Shown: positions 18,080 through 26,562 of the stretch, piece by piece
Position numbering within the stretch: the stretch's first letter is position 1
Layout of the letters: the number at the start of each line of letters is the position of its first letter
IMG/VR virus record: IMGVR_UViG_3300017780_001365
Span: 1 to 40,138 of that record
From: a virus
Taxonomy: Duplodnaviria > Caudoviricetes
Direction: 5' to 3' (one strand)
DNA: 40,138 nt
Notes under the pieces: model-generated
The model's database searches: none
What the model saw: the letters and a program-made list of their open reading frames with translations, nothing else
Told to the model about the DNA's origin: nothing
Translations under genes and position numbers: made by a program

Positions 18080-18916
18080 ATGAAATACGCTCTTGCAAAT
18101 ATGCTTAATGGGTATGGTGTCCGAGGACTTGATCCAGATGCTAAGGCGTATATTGATGCGGTAATTGCCGCTGGTGCTACTGTTACATCAACCCAGCGCA
18201 ATGCGATCAACGCATTCGTAAAGGGTGGGAAAACGGATGGTTGGTGGGTATCCATGAAGAGGATTTACCTGCCAATCTGGGCTATTGCTGCGCCAAACGC
18301 AATCGACATTGTTAGCGGAACAAGCGGTACATTTGCTGGAACAGTTACCCATGCCGCAGGATATGTTCAAGGTAACGGAACTACTGGTTTGTTTAGATTC
18401 AACGGGACTCCAAGCAGTCTTGGTTTAACAAACGCAAGTGGTTTCTTGTTTACTCTTTGCAATCAAGCAATGACGGCAACGGGTTCGCACATTGGTGTTT
18501 TACAAGGAACAACAAACCGATGCACCATAGCATCATCTGGAACATTAGCAATAGCTTCTGAATTTATTGTTTCTGGAACTGCCGCTATAACAGGAAACAC
18601 CATTCCTCTTGCCAACCAAAATGGAGTTCTCTGCTTCTCTCGTACATCTACAACAAGTTTGACGATGTATCAGAGAAAGACTGCCTCTGGGTTAGTTACT
18701 CTTGCGACAAGCACTAATACGGAGTCTGGATCTTCACCAACAGAATCTGTTTGCGCTATGGCACGCGGAAGAACATCCACTACTGCCGATAGTTACACCA
18801 ATGGCAGACATGGCGCGTATGGAATTGGACTTGGAATGCCTCAAGCAGATGTAAGCAATATGACGCTTGCCGTTAAAAATCTTTGGGAGACTTGCACTGG
18901 ATTAACATTGCCATGA
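18080..18916 (+). CDS. Virion-associated protein, putative lectin-like / receptor-binding
   Basis: LDPDAKAYIDAV N-terminal motif; Thr/Gly-rich beta domain; in the fibre cluster. Confidence 0.55.
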   Translation: MKYALANMLNGYGVRGLDPDAKAYIDAVIAAGATVTSTQRNAINAFVKGGKTDGWWVSMKRIYLPIWAIAAPNAIDIVSGTSGTFAGTVTHAAGYVQGNGTTGLFRFNGTPSSLGLTNASGFLFTLCNQAMTATGSHIGVLQGTTNRCTIASSGTLAIASEFIVSGTAAITGNTIPLANQNGVLCFSRTSTTSLTMYQRKTASGLVTLATSTNTESGSSPTESVCAMARGRTSTTADSYTNGRHGAYGIGLGMPQADVSNMTLAVKNLWETCTGLTLP

Positions 18917-19206
18917 TAGGGTTTATTACAGATCAATACACCGCAGCGCAGGTTAACGAATCTGTGGCTAACGCTCAAATTGAGCGTGGACTCCCAGTCT
19001 TCTGGATACCGGGAGTTTATGAGGTTTTTCATGGAGAGCATATCGGTATGTACTTCATCCCATGCGATAATGATACATTGGCGACTCCTTTGCGTGGACA
19101 CCCGCCACTCACCCCTGTAGACTTTCCAGAATTTTCAACGATTATCAAGGAGTTAGGTGGACTTGATGCTCGTGTTGACATATCACCTACAGATATTATA
19201 GAATAA
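18913..19206 (+). CDS. Hypothetical protein
   Basis: ATGA overlap with the upstream stop. Confidence 0.65.
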   Translation: MIGFITDQYTAAQVNESVANAQIERGLPVFWIPGVYEVFHGEHIGMYFIPCDNDTLATPLRGHPPLTPVDFPEFSTIIKELGGLDARVDISPTDIIE

Positions 19207-19211
19207 TATAT

Positions 19212-19364
19212 ATGAAAACTACCGCACTTGGAATCCTTACTATCGTTGCCACACTTTCCAACGTTGGCATTCAAATCCTTAAAGGCGGCGCACCAGATTT
19301 TGTTGGCGCGTTTGCAGCTGTCACCGCAGGCATTGGCCTAATCAAAGCGAGGGACAACAAATGA
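19212..19364 (+). CDS. Holin-like small membrane protein (50 aa)
   Basis: Not in the ORF track. MKTTALGILTIVATL...AFAAVTAGIGLIKARDNK has two hydrophobic segments. Confidence 0.65.
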   Translation: MKTTALGILTIVATLSNVGIQILKGGAPDFVGAFAAVTAGIGLIKARDNK

Positions 19365-19537
19365 CCGCAGAACATGGAAGAGACTTGCTGCATGGAGTGG
19401 CAGGCACGGTAGCCCCCGCACTTGGGGTTATTACCTCATTTCAAGAACAACTGGAGTGGGGACTCCGCATGACCTCGCTGACGATTGGTATCGTTGTAGG
19501 CTTGCTTTCCCTGTTCAAACTGCTTAAGAAATTGTAA
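19361..19537 (+). CDS. Second holin-like membrane protein (58 aa)
   Basis: Not in the ORF track. MTAEHGRDLLHGVAGTVAPALGVI...SLTIGIVVGLLSLFKLLKKL; ATGA overlap; basic C-terminus. Confidence 0.6.
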   Translation: MTAEHGRDLLHGVAGTVAPALGVITSFQEQLEWGLRMTSLTIGIVVGLLSLFKLLKKL

Positions 19538-19563
19538 GTTGACATCGCTGTTTCCTATTGGCT

Positions 19564-20322
19564 ATGAAGTACGCACTAGGAAACATCCTTAGCAGTAGTA
19601 GTGTCATTACTGCTGGGACCAATCTGCTTTCTGGCCTAATAGCTTATTGGAAGCTAGAGGAGGCAAGCGGTACTCGTTATGATTCTCACGGAAGTTATGA
19701 TCTAACGGAGAATGTAGGCATTGACAGTGAGGTTGGTGTTAAAGGTGACTGCGCGGTATCCAATAGCACGTACGATGATGGGAGAAGTTTAACAATCTTC
19801 CCTTCTCCATACGATTCCGTGGGTGCGAGTTGGAGCTTGTCATTTTGGATGTCAACAAATGATAGCAATGACGACACATTTCATATGTTTCCAAATGCGT
19901 GGGGCAATTGTGTATTGTTTGAAATATTAACAATTGACGGTAATAAAGTTGTCCAAGGTCGTTTATGGAAAGATGGGGAAAATTCTGAAATTAGCACAGA
20001 TATTAGCAGGTCTGGAATCTATACTGAAGGTTTTATCCATGTCGTGATAACACATGATCTACCAACGAAAACCGTGCGCGTGTATTATGATGGAGTTGAG
20101 GAACATATTGTAACTTACACTACAAGTCTCAATCCAGTTAATGGTACAGAATCTGCCGACGCGAACACTATTCTTTCCATGTTTGCTGGTGACACCGATG
20201 GCACTGACTACGCTGGTCCCGGAAAGCTGGACGAGGTTGGAATCTGGGGCAGGGCTATTACCGCAGCCGAGGTGTCCGCGCTCTATAATAATGGTAGCGG
20301 GATAACCTACGAGGAATTATAA
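19564..20322 (+). CDS. LamG / concanavalin A-like lectin domain protein
   Basis: LIAYWKLEE...WSLSFW...HVVITHD...VYYDG...GKLDEVGIWGRAITAAEVSALYN. Confidence 0.85.
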   Translation: MKYALGNILSSSSVITAGTNLLSGLIAYWKLEEASGTRYDSHGSYDLTENVGIDSEVGVKGDCAVSNSTYDDGRSLTIFPSPYDSVGASWSLSFWMSTNDSNDDTFHMFPNAWGNCVLFEILTIDGNKVVQGRLWKDGENSEISTDISRSGIYTEGFIHVVITHDLPTKTVRVYYDGVEEHIVTYTTSLNPVNGTESADANTILSMFAGDTDGTDYAGPGKLDEVGIWGRAITAAEVSALYNNGSGITYEEL

Positions 20323-20413
20323 TCCTAATAAAGGTTGATTTCTCTATTGGATACGTTTAAAAAGCTCTGAGTAGGTCAACCCATGCTTGACCTACGTGGT
20401 AGAATTCAAGCAT

Positions 20414-20977
20414 ATGACCAGAAACCAGATTATTGAGCTTCAGAGGCGCATAGGGGCGACTCCAGACGGGTTCTGGGGGCCGAAGTCCATAAAGTCTTGC
20501 AAAGCCCACCTACGCGCTCTCATGCCCAAGGAGAACCCTTGGCCTACCACCGACCAAGCAAGCCTCACTGCGTTCTACGGGCGACCCGGCGACGATAAGC
20601 AACTGGTCAACCTCGCGGTGGGTGACCTCGACATTCGCTATGACGGCAAGAATGTGAAGTCCATTCGCTGCCACCACAAGGTAGCACCCAGCCTACGCCG
20701 CATCCTAGAGCAGATTGCCAAGACCCCGCATTCATGGGTGTTGAAGGAGTACGCTGGATGCTTTAACAATCGCCCCATGAGAGGTGGTTCTTTGCCCTCC
20801 CTGCACGCCCGTGGAGCCGCGATAGACCTTGCCCCCAGCACCAACGCCAACCGCGAGCATTGGCCTAGCAGCGCAAACATGCCGCTGGAGGTGATGGAGG
20901 TGTTCGCCAAAGAAGGATGGTTATCTGCCGGGGCTTTCTGGTCGCGGGATTCCATGCACCACCAAGCCACGCGATGA
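20414..20977 (+). CDS. Endolysin: M15-family Zn peptidase with N-terminal peptidoglycan-binding motif
   Basis: LQRRIGATPDGFWGPKS; SLHARGAAID (SxHxxGxAxD); DSMH. Confidence 0.88.
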   Translation: MTRNQIIELQRRIGATPDGFWGPKSIKSCKAHLRALMPKENPWPTTDQASLTAFYGRPGDDKQLVNLAVGDLDIRYDGKNVKSIRCHHKVAPSLRRILEQIAKTPHSWVLKEYAGCFNNRPMRGGSLPSLHARGAAIDLAPSTNANREHWPSSANMPLEVMEVFAKEGWLSAGAFWSRDSMHHQATR

Positions 20978-21270
20978 CAATACCCAAGCATATCCAAGTT
21001 GGCGGCCTGCGGGTGAAGATCAACATTGTTGAAAATCTTGAGGAATATGGCAATTTTTCGCTTGACGACCTTACCATTACCCTGCGCAATGGCGACACCA
21101 AGGTGATGCTTGACACTCTCAGACACGAAATGATGCATGCCGCTTTCGCCATTGGCGGGATAGGACACTGCAAACCATTCGAGGAGGTCGAAGAGGGTGT
21201 TGTGCGTTGTCTTGACCATATCTTCTTCCCAGCGTGGTCGAAGATCCAACAACAACCAAAGAAACAATGA
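20974..21270 (+). CDS. Small HExxH metallopeptidase-like phage protein
   Basis: TLRHEMMHA followed by EEGVV. Confidence 0.7.
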   Translation: MTIPKHIQVGGLRVKINIVENLEEYGNFSLDDLTITLRNGDTKVMLDTLRHEMMHAAFAIGGIGHCKPFEEVEEGVVRCLDHIFFPAWSKIQQQPKKQ

Positions 21271-21848
21271 CATACAAGAAGTTACCACCATTGGACTTCA
21301 TCAAGGAATGCTTTGAATTGTCCAATGAATCACCGTCTGGAATCAAATGGAAAAATGAAAGGCCACAATCGCATTTCAAAACATTGCGTGGTTGGCGTAT
21401 CTGGACAGCCCAGTTTTCTGGAAAGAATGCTGGGAATATCCACTCGCCGGGCAATGGATACAAGCACTGGGAGATTCGTTTGGCGGGTTCGCTTTACAAA
21501 GCGCACCGCATTGTTTACATGCTAGCAAATGGCATTGATCCTAGCGATTTTGAGGTAGACCATATTGACGGAAACGCGACAAACAATGATCCTAAAAATC
21601 TTCGTTTGGCGAACCATGTTGAAAATGGTCATAATAGGAGCAAAAACAGAAACAACAAATCTGGCCATAAGGGTGTTTCTTGGTATAAAAATTTAAGGAA
21701 ATGGGTGGCTGAAATCATGGTTGATGGCAAGCGCAAGCGGCTTGGATGCTTTGATGAGCTTGCAGATGCCGCTAATGCGTACAGGGAGAAATCTTTGTTG
21801 CTTCATAAAACATTCTCACCCTTCGCAACCGCAAACATTAACGCATAA
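21267..21848 (+). CDS. HNH homing endonuclease with C-terminal AP2 domain
   Basis: AHRIVY...VDHIDGNATNNDPKNLR...N; SGHKGVSW...WVAEI...LGCFD...AANAY. Confidence 0.9.
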   Translation: MTYKKLPPLDFIKECFELSNESPSGIKWKNERPQSHFKTLRGWRIWTAQFSGKNAGNIHSPGNGYKHWEIRLAGSLYKAHRIVYMLANGIDPSDFEVDHIDGNATNNDPKNLRLANHVENGHNRSKNRNNKSGHKGVSWYKNLRKWVAEIMVDGKRKRLGCFDELADAANAYREKSLLLHKTFSPFATANINA

Positions 21849-21853
21849 CCAAT

Positions 21854-22588
21854 ATGGCCTCGTACAAGAAATTTATCGTTGTTGCTGATAATCATGGTGT
21901 GCATGGATGCCAAAAGGCAATCAAGAAAGCTCTTGATTTCAATAAAACTTGGGGGGCGCATTACCGCATCCACCTTGGTGATTTCATCGACCTTTCACCA
22001 TTAAGGCGTGGTGCGTCCGCCGAGGAAAAGGCAGATGGAATCTCCGACGATGTGATGATGGGCATGGAGTTCATTCGCCAGTATCAGCCCCATTACCTAA
22101 CAATTGGAAATCATGAGGACAGGCTAGCACTACATTCCACCTCATGCTCTGACGGAATGTTGCGTGAACGATGCACTGAACTATGGTCTGAGATCGAGGA
22201 CGAGTTCCGAAAGATGAAGATCAAGACCTGCCCGTATCATGTGAGCAAGTTTCTCCGCATGCCAGAGGGTGGGCCAAAACTCATCCACGGGTTCCGCGCA
22301 ACCATGTACCCTGCCAAGTCTCACTACGAGAACTGGGGTGCTTGCATCCACGGCCATGTTCACAAGCCCGATGTCTATGTGGCTAGGCATATTGACGGTG
22401 AGGCTAGCTTCAGCGTTGGTTGCCTTGCAGACATCGACCAGTTGACCTATGCCGACCGCACTCCCGCGAAACTAGCGTGGAGGAATGGGTTCCTCTATGG
22501 GCTAATCAACACCAAGACGGGTGCGTGGCAAGCATGGAATGTTGTCAAGGAAGGCGACGACTGGATTTCGCCAATGGGTATTCTCTGA
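21854..22588 (+). CDS. Calcineurin-like metallophosphoesterase
   Basis: DNH, GDFID, GNHE, HG and GHVH motifs. Confidence 0.88.
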   Translation: MASYKKFIVVADNHGVHGCQKAIKKALDFNKTWGAHYRIHLGDFIDLSPLRRGASAEEKADGISDDVMMGMEFIRQYQPHYLTIGNHEDRLALHSTSCSDGMLRERCTELWSEIEDEFRKMKIKTCPYHVSKFLRMPEGGPKLIHGFRATMYPAKSHYENWGACIHGHVHKPDVYVARHIDGEASFSVGCLADIDQLTYADRTPAKLAWRNGFLYGLINTKTGAWQAWNVVKEGDDWISPMGIL

Positions 22589-22634
22589 TCATCCAACTTT
22601 CCATCCAACTTTACAACCAACCACCATCCAACCA

Positions 22635-22910
22635 ATGAGAATAAAAAAAGCAAATGACGCAATGTGTGTGCGCGATGTCACAACCGAAATCGAAAACCTA
22701 ATAATGGAGAATGACTTCGAGTCAGCATTGGATATGTTGACGCAGTTGAGAGATGAATTAAGGTTTTGGGGATGGGATAGGAAATGCAAAGACTACACCC
22801 CGACTGGTAAAAAACAAACCAAACAAAAAAATGAGAACGAAAGCACAAGTAGCACTAACCGCACTAGAACAAGCACTCAAGATCACCGGGGTGCAGGAAC
22901 CAAAGCGTGA
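22635..22910 (+). CDS. Hypothetical protein
   Basis: CAACCAATG start after an A/C-rich leader; 3' end overlaps the next gene. Confidence 0.55.
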   Translation: MRIKKANDAMCVRDVTTEIENLIMENDFESALDMLTQLRDELRFWGWDRKCKDYTPTGKKQTKQKNENESTSSTNRTRTSTQDHRGAGTKA

Positions 22911-23052
22911 CGACGAGTTCACCGCAGGCGAGTATGCCGACAAAGCAGAAATGCACACGGAAAGCGCAAGGCGTTTGCTGAACCGCTATGTGAAGGACGG
23001 TAAACTCGCATTACGCAAAACACCCAAGGGTCAATTCTACTCAATCCTGTGA
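22831..23052 (+). CDS. Small winged-HTH protein
   Basis: FTAGEYADKAEMHTESARRLLNRYVKDGKL. Confidence 0.65.
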   Translation: MRTKAQVALTALEQALKITGVQEPKRDDEFTAGEYADKAEMHTESARRLLNRYVKDGKLALRKTPKGQFYSIL

Positions 23053-23270
23053 CCGACGAGGACTGGGGGTTCGACGAGGCACGCCGCCTCATGCGTAAAT
23101 GCTCCTGCAAAAAACCCACCAACGAGCTGCGTTACGAACCCGGCGTGACCTACATCATTTGCAACTGCGATACGAAAAGTCCACGCTCATTCATGGAGGA
23201 TTGGCATCCAAAGCAAGTCGTAAGACATTGGAACGCAACTGGTTACATTTCTCTGCAAAAAAAGCGTTGA
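23049..23270 (+). CDS. Small Cys-containing hypothetical protein
   Basis: GTGA overlap; CSC...CNC...HWN pattern reminiscent of Lar-type Zn-ribbon proteins. Confidence 0.55.
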   Translation: MTDEDWGFDEARRLMRKCSCKKPTNELRYEPGVTYIICNCDTKSPRSFMEDWHPKQVVRHWNATGYISLQKKR

Positions 23271-23335
23271 CCTAGTTACCATGCTGCTGTCAACTATCCA
23301 CAACTGATCACATTGATCACAACCAATAGAACAAA

Positions 23336-23917
23336 ATGAACCTAGAACATACCACACCCGCCTTGAATAAGGCACTCGCGCAGGCTCAATTTGAAGTTGA
23401 GAATGCAACCAAGAGCAGCATCAACCCGCACTTCAAGAATCGGTATGCCGATCTCGCAGAAGTCCTCAACACAGTTCGACCTGTGTTTGCTGGTCGCGGT
23501 TTGAGCATCGTACAAAGCACCTCCTATGACGGCAGTCTAGTGAGTGTCACCACAACCATTCTCCATATGGATGGGGGTCACATCTCGTCCACGGCATCAT
23601 GCGTCCCAGCTAAAGCTGACGCGCAAGGTGTGGGAGCGTCAACAACCTACCTCCGCAGGTATGCCCTCGCAGCCATGACTGGCATCGCGCAAGAGGACGA
23701 CGATGGTCAGAGTGCCGCCCACAACAAGCCTGCGGCTCCTGCTACTAAGGAGGACATCGGTAAGCTCAAGGAGCGCATGGAAGGTCTTGGGGTGGACGAG
23801 GAAGCGTTCCTCAAGTACTTGGCAGTTAAGTCCCTGTCCGAGCTTACTAAGCCTGCTGTAGCTAAAGCTAACGCATCTCTGGATGCCAAGGCGAAGAAGG
23901 TAGGAGGTGCAGCATGA
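23336..23917 (+). CDS. erf: ERF-family single-strand annealing protein
   Basis: NPHFKNRYADL...QGVGASTTYLRRYALAAMTGIAQEDDDG. Confidence 0.92.
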   Translation: MNLEHTTPALNKALAQAQFEVENATKSSINPHFKNRYADLAEVLNTVRPVFAGRGLSIVQSTSYDGSLVSVTTTILHMDGGHISSTASCVPAKADAQGVGASTTYLRRYALAAMTGIAQEDDDGQSAAHNKPAAPATKEDIGKLKERMEGLGVDEEAFLKYLAVKSLSELTKPAVAKANASLDAKAKKVGGAA

Positions 23918-24093
23918 CCGCTCAAGAACTCTGCCAATGGTTCGCAGAACGCGAACGGCAAGTTAGGTTGGCAAAGCATGACCAACCAAAACCGAAACCA
24001 GTCGATGCCGATCGCCGTAGGGTGATTGGCTACAACGGGTACGGACAAGTCAAACGCAATGGACAAGTATTTAGAACCCACTCTGGACGCTAA
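23914..24093 (+). CDS. Hypothetical protein (59 aa)
   Basis: Not in the ORF track; ATGA overlap with erf; stops 1 nt before the exonuclease ATG. Confidence 0.6.
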   Translation: MTAQELCQWFAERERQVRLAKHDQPKPKPVDADRRRVIGYNGYGQVKRNGQVFRTHSGR

Positions 24094-24094
24094 C

Positions 24095-24898
24095 ATGAAA
24101 ATCATCGAAGGAATGGGGCGTGAATACTACGCACAAACCGCAAGCCCAACCAACCTCCAAGGTCCAGTCAGCAAGTCATTGCTCTGGGACTTCAACCGCA
24201 GTCCGTACAAGTGGTTCAATAACCGCAGGGAGAAGGAATCAACACCCGCCATGCGGACCGGAGTCCTATACCACACTGCCTGCCTTGAGCCTCACAAGCT
24301 TGAGACGGAATACATCGTTTCACCTTACTCCGACTTCCGCACCAAGGAAGCGCGTGAGTGGCGTGACAGCATGACTGGCATACAGGTCATCACTGCTGAC
24401 GAGTACATTAAGGCCGAGAGCGCAGGGTATGCGTTTCGGAAAAATCCAGCAATCGAGCATCTGCCCGGTTATCGTACCGAGCTTGCTGTTTTCGCGGATG
24501 TATTTGGCACACCTTGCAAGTGCCTTATCGACCTCGTTCCGGACTCTGGAGTGTCGCTGATCGACCTCAAGACAACTCAGTCTATTGAGAGCGTCGAGCA
24601 ACTCACATCGCTGATCATCAACCGTGGCTACCACTGGCAGGCAGCACTCTACCTCGACCTGTGGAACATGGCATCTGGCGACAACCGCACAGAGTTCATG
24701 TTCGTGTTCATGGAAGTTGACAGACCCTATGAGATGGCGAACATCCTCCTCGACGAGGACTTCATCAAGCTTGGCCGCGAAGGTTACATGAATGCGCTAG
24801 CCAAGTGGAACCAGTGCGTCCAGACTAATACATTCCCACCTGCCATTGACGGCATCCAAACAATCTCACCTCCAAAGTGGGCAACCAAAACAAAATAA
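24095..24898 (+). CDS. PD-(D/E)xK exonuclease (RecE/ExoVIII, DUF3799-like)
   Basis: SKS...SP...AMRTGVLYHTACLEP...KCLID...IDLKTT...YHWQAALY; adjacent to erf. Confidence 0.88.
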   Translation: MKIIEGMGREYYAQTASPTNLQGPVSKSLLWDFNRSPYKWFNNRREKESTPAMRTGVLYHTACLEPHKLETEYIVSPYSDFRTKEAREWRDSMTGIQVITADEYIKAESAGYAFRKNPAIEHLPGYRTELAVFADVFGTPCKCLIDLVPDSGVSLIDLKTTQSIESVEQLTSLIINRGYHWQAALYLDLWNMASGDNRTEFMFVFMEVDRPYEMANILLDEDFIKLGREGYMNALAKWNQCVQTNTFPPAIDGIQTISPPKWATKTK

Positions 24899-24902
24899 CC
24901 AT

Positions 24903-25127
24903 ATGAGCTACGACAACACAAATACTGGCATCCTGTTCAAGAACGACACAGGTGATAACCCGAAGCGTCCTGCATACAAGGGCAAGATCGATGTCAACGG
25001 AGTTGAATATCAACTCGCAGGTTGGCTGCGTGAAGGCAAGAGCGGGAAGTTCATCTCGCTGAAGATCGACGAGGGTAAGGGTGGCAAGCCTGCGCCGAAA
25101 GAAGAGACCGACGAAATTCCCTTCTGA
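24903..25127 (+). CDS. Small putative ssDNA-binding protein
   Basis: GILFKN...PAYKG...AGW...FISL with an acidic DEIPF SSB-type tail. Confidence 0.7.
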   Translation: MSYDNTNTGILFKNDTGDNPKRPAYKGKIDVNGVEYQLAGWLREGKSGKFISLKIDEGKGGKPAPKEETDEIPF

Positions 25128-25134
25128 TCCATCT

Positions 25135-25192
25135 CCGCAGTGATGAGCGGTCTCATTGTCATTCTCTGGCCCGGAGGTTCATCGCAGGGCAA
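25135..25192 (+). ncRNA. Structured RNA motif, copy 1 (pseudoknot)
   Basis: P1 CCGC/GCGG; loop GTGATGA pairs with TCATCGC; P2 GCCC/GGGC; covaries with copy 2. Confidence 0.6.
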
Positions 25193-25201
25193 CCACTTTC
25201 C

Positions 25202-25456
25202 ATGAGATCACTTAAATTCAAATACAAGACCAAGGTCAAAAACCCAGACATCATTCGCAGGATGAGAACCTCCGAGGGTGATGTCTACAACGACATTCAG
25301 ATCATCGGGGACTTCTACCGGGTCATGCCAGTCAACGCCAAGGAGTGGTGGTATCTCGCCACCCTAGAGCATGGAGTTGACAAGCACGCACCCGCCAAGG
25401 GTGACGGCATCATCGTCATCCAGTCTGCCATCGATTTGGTTTCCAACCACGCATAA
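25202..25456 (+). CDS. Hypothetical protein
   Basis: 84-aa ORF between the two RNA motifs. Confidence 0.7.
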   Translation: MRSLKFKYKTKVKNPDIIRRMRTSEGDVYNDIQIIGDFYRVMPVNAKEWWYLATLEHGVDKHAPAKGDGIIVIQSAIDLVSNHA

Positions 25457-25460
25457 GTTT

Positions 25461-25515
25461 CTGCGAGCGAGGACGCAGTGTTCTGCCCGTGGCCCACGGG
25501 TTCCTCGCAGGGCAA
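25461..25515 (+). ncRNA. Structured RNA motif, copy 2 (pseudoknot)
   Basis: P1 CTGCG/CGCAG; loop GCGAGGA pairs with TCCTCGC; P2 TGCCC/GGGCA. Confidence 0.6.
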
Positions 25516-25523
25516 ATTTTCCA

Positions 25524-25871
25524 ATGAAAGTCACACACGTTTCCGACCTTAAAACCGACGAGCTTTGCAAGGAGTTGTCTCAACGCATGAGCCGCAGCAA
25601 GGCCATGAAGATCATCGAGGTTTGTGCCGAGATTTTCGGCATCCACCCATCGCAGATACTTGCCTATGATCGACAGCTTGCCCCAGTGCAGGCTAGGTCG
25701 CTTGCAATGGCACTGGTTGCCGAGCATCACACGCTAGCCGAGACTGCTCGTATCTTCCAGCGTCACAACCACACCACCGTTATCGCCGCCAAACAACGAG
25801 CAGACCGCTTCACCCGTAACGATGAGGCGTTTCGTGAGAAGGCTATGTTTGTAATTAGACGACTAAAATGA
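25524..25871 (+). CDS. DnaA domain IV-like (Bac_DnaA_C) HTH protein
   Basis: IIEVCAEIFGI...ARSLAMAL...TLAETARIFQRHNHTTVIAA. Confidence 0.8.
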   Translation: MKVTHVSDLKTDELCKELSQRMSRSKAMKIIEVCAEIFGIHPSQILAYDRQLAPVQARSLAMALVAEHHTLAETARIFQRHNHTTVIAAKQRADRFTRNDEAFREKAMFVIRRLK

Positions 25872-26320
25872 AATACGAAATCACCATAGGCATAGACCCC
25901 GGCGCGAACGGAGGCATCGCGTGGATTGACTACAACGGCAAGGCTTGCGTCGAGAAGATCCCAGACACCCTGCAAGACCTCTGGGAGTTGATCTGCGACA
26001 TCACCAGCTACCCGAAGTCGTCCATTGATGGCAGGAGCTACAAGGCGTACATCGAGCAGGTGGCGAGCAGTCCACAGATGGGCGTGGTATCGGCATTTAG
26101 CTTTGGCCGAGGATATGGCAACCTTGAGATGGCGTTAACTGCGGCTGGAATACCTTTCGAGCGTGTGCGCCCACAAGTCTGGCAGAAGGCACTGGGTTGC
26201 ATGACCAAGGGTGATAAGAATGTCAGTAAGAGCAAAGCGCAGGAACTATTCCCAGACCGCAAGATCACACACGCAACAGCTGACGCATTACTCATAGCCT
26301 ACTACGGAACGAAGCAATGA
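25868..26320 (+). CDS. RuvC-like Holliday junction resolvase
   Basis: IGIDPG...YIE...AFSFGRGYG...PQVWQK...ADALLIA. Confidence 0.85.
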   Translation: MKYEITIGIDPGANGGIAWIDYNGKACVEKIPDTLQDLWELICDITSYPKSSIDGRSYKAYIEQVASSPQMGVVSAFSFGRGYGNLEMALTAAGIPFERVRPQVWQKALGCMTKGDKNVSKSKAQELFPDRKITHATADALLIAYYGTKQ

Positions 26321-26562
26321 CCGACCAAGACAGAATCGCCAACCTCATCTCTGCCATCTGGTATCAACATCCATTTTGGCCCTCGACCTTCGGGCCATGC
26401 GCCAATGACGGATGCTCTGGTTCTGCCCGTGGTTGCCGCGAGTGCAAGCAGTGCCTTAAGCAGCAACTTGCAGACTTGACATGCAAAGAATTAGCTGATG
26501 AATTTTTCCATGTACTAGCAATGTGCAGGAACCTTGAACACGAACTAGTAGAAAAACGATGA
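26317..26562 (+). CDS. Cys-rich hypothetical protein
   Basis: ATGA overlaps; CRECKQC. Confidence 0.65.
   Translation: MTDQDRIANLISAIWYQHPFWPSTFGPCANDGCSGSARGCRECKQCLKQQLADLTCKELADEFFHVLAMCRNLEHELVEKR

Noticed and set aside
17000-20322. Diversity-generating retroelement or invertase-driven fibre switching
   Set aside because: No reverse transcriptase or recombinase gene, and no TR/VR-like or inverted repeat pair noticed.
24026-24094. Upstream-extended starts in the ORF track (24026, 29682, 25371, 27173, 9856, 20387)
   Set aside because: They overlap upstream genes or RNA elements; downstream ATGs show stop/start coupling or the A/C-rich context.
25135-25515. Hammerhead or HDV-like ribozyme reading of the duplicated motif (TGATGAG; TCCTCGC)
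   Set aside because: No CUGAUGA plus GAAA core, and TCCTCGC is not enclosed by an HDV P3/P1/P1.1 arrangement on either strand.
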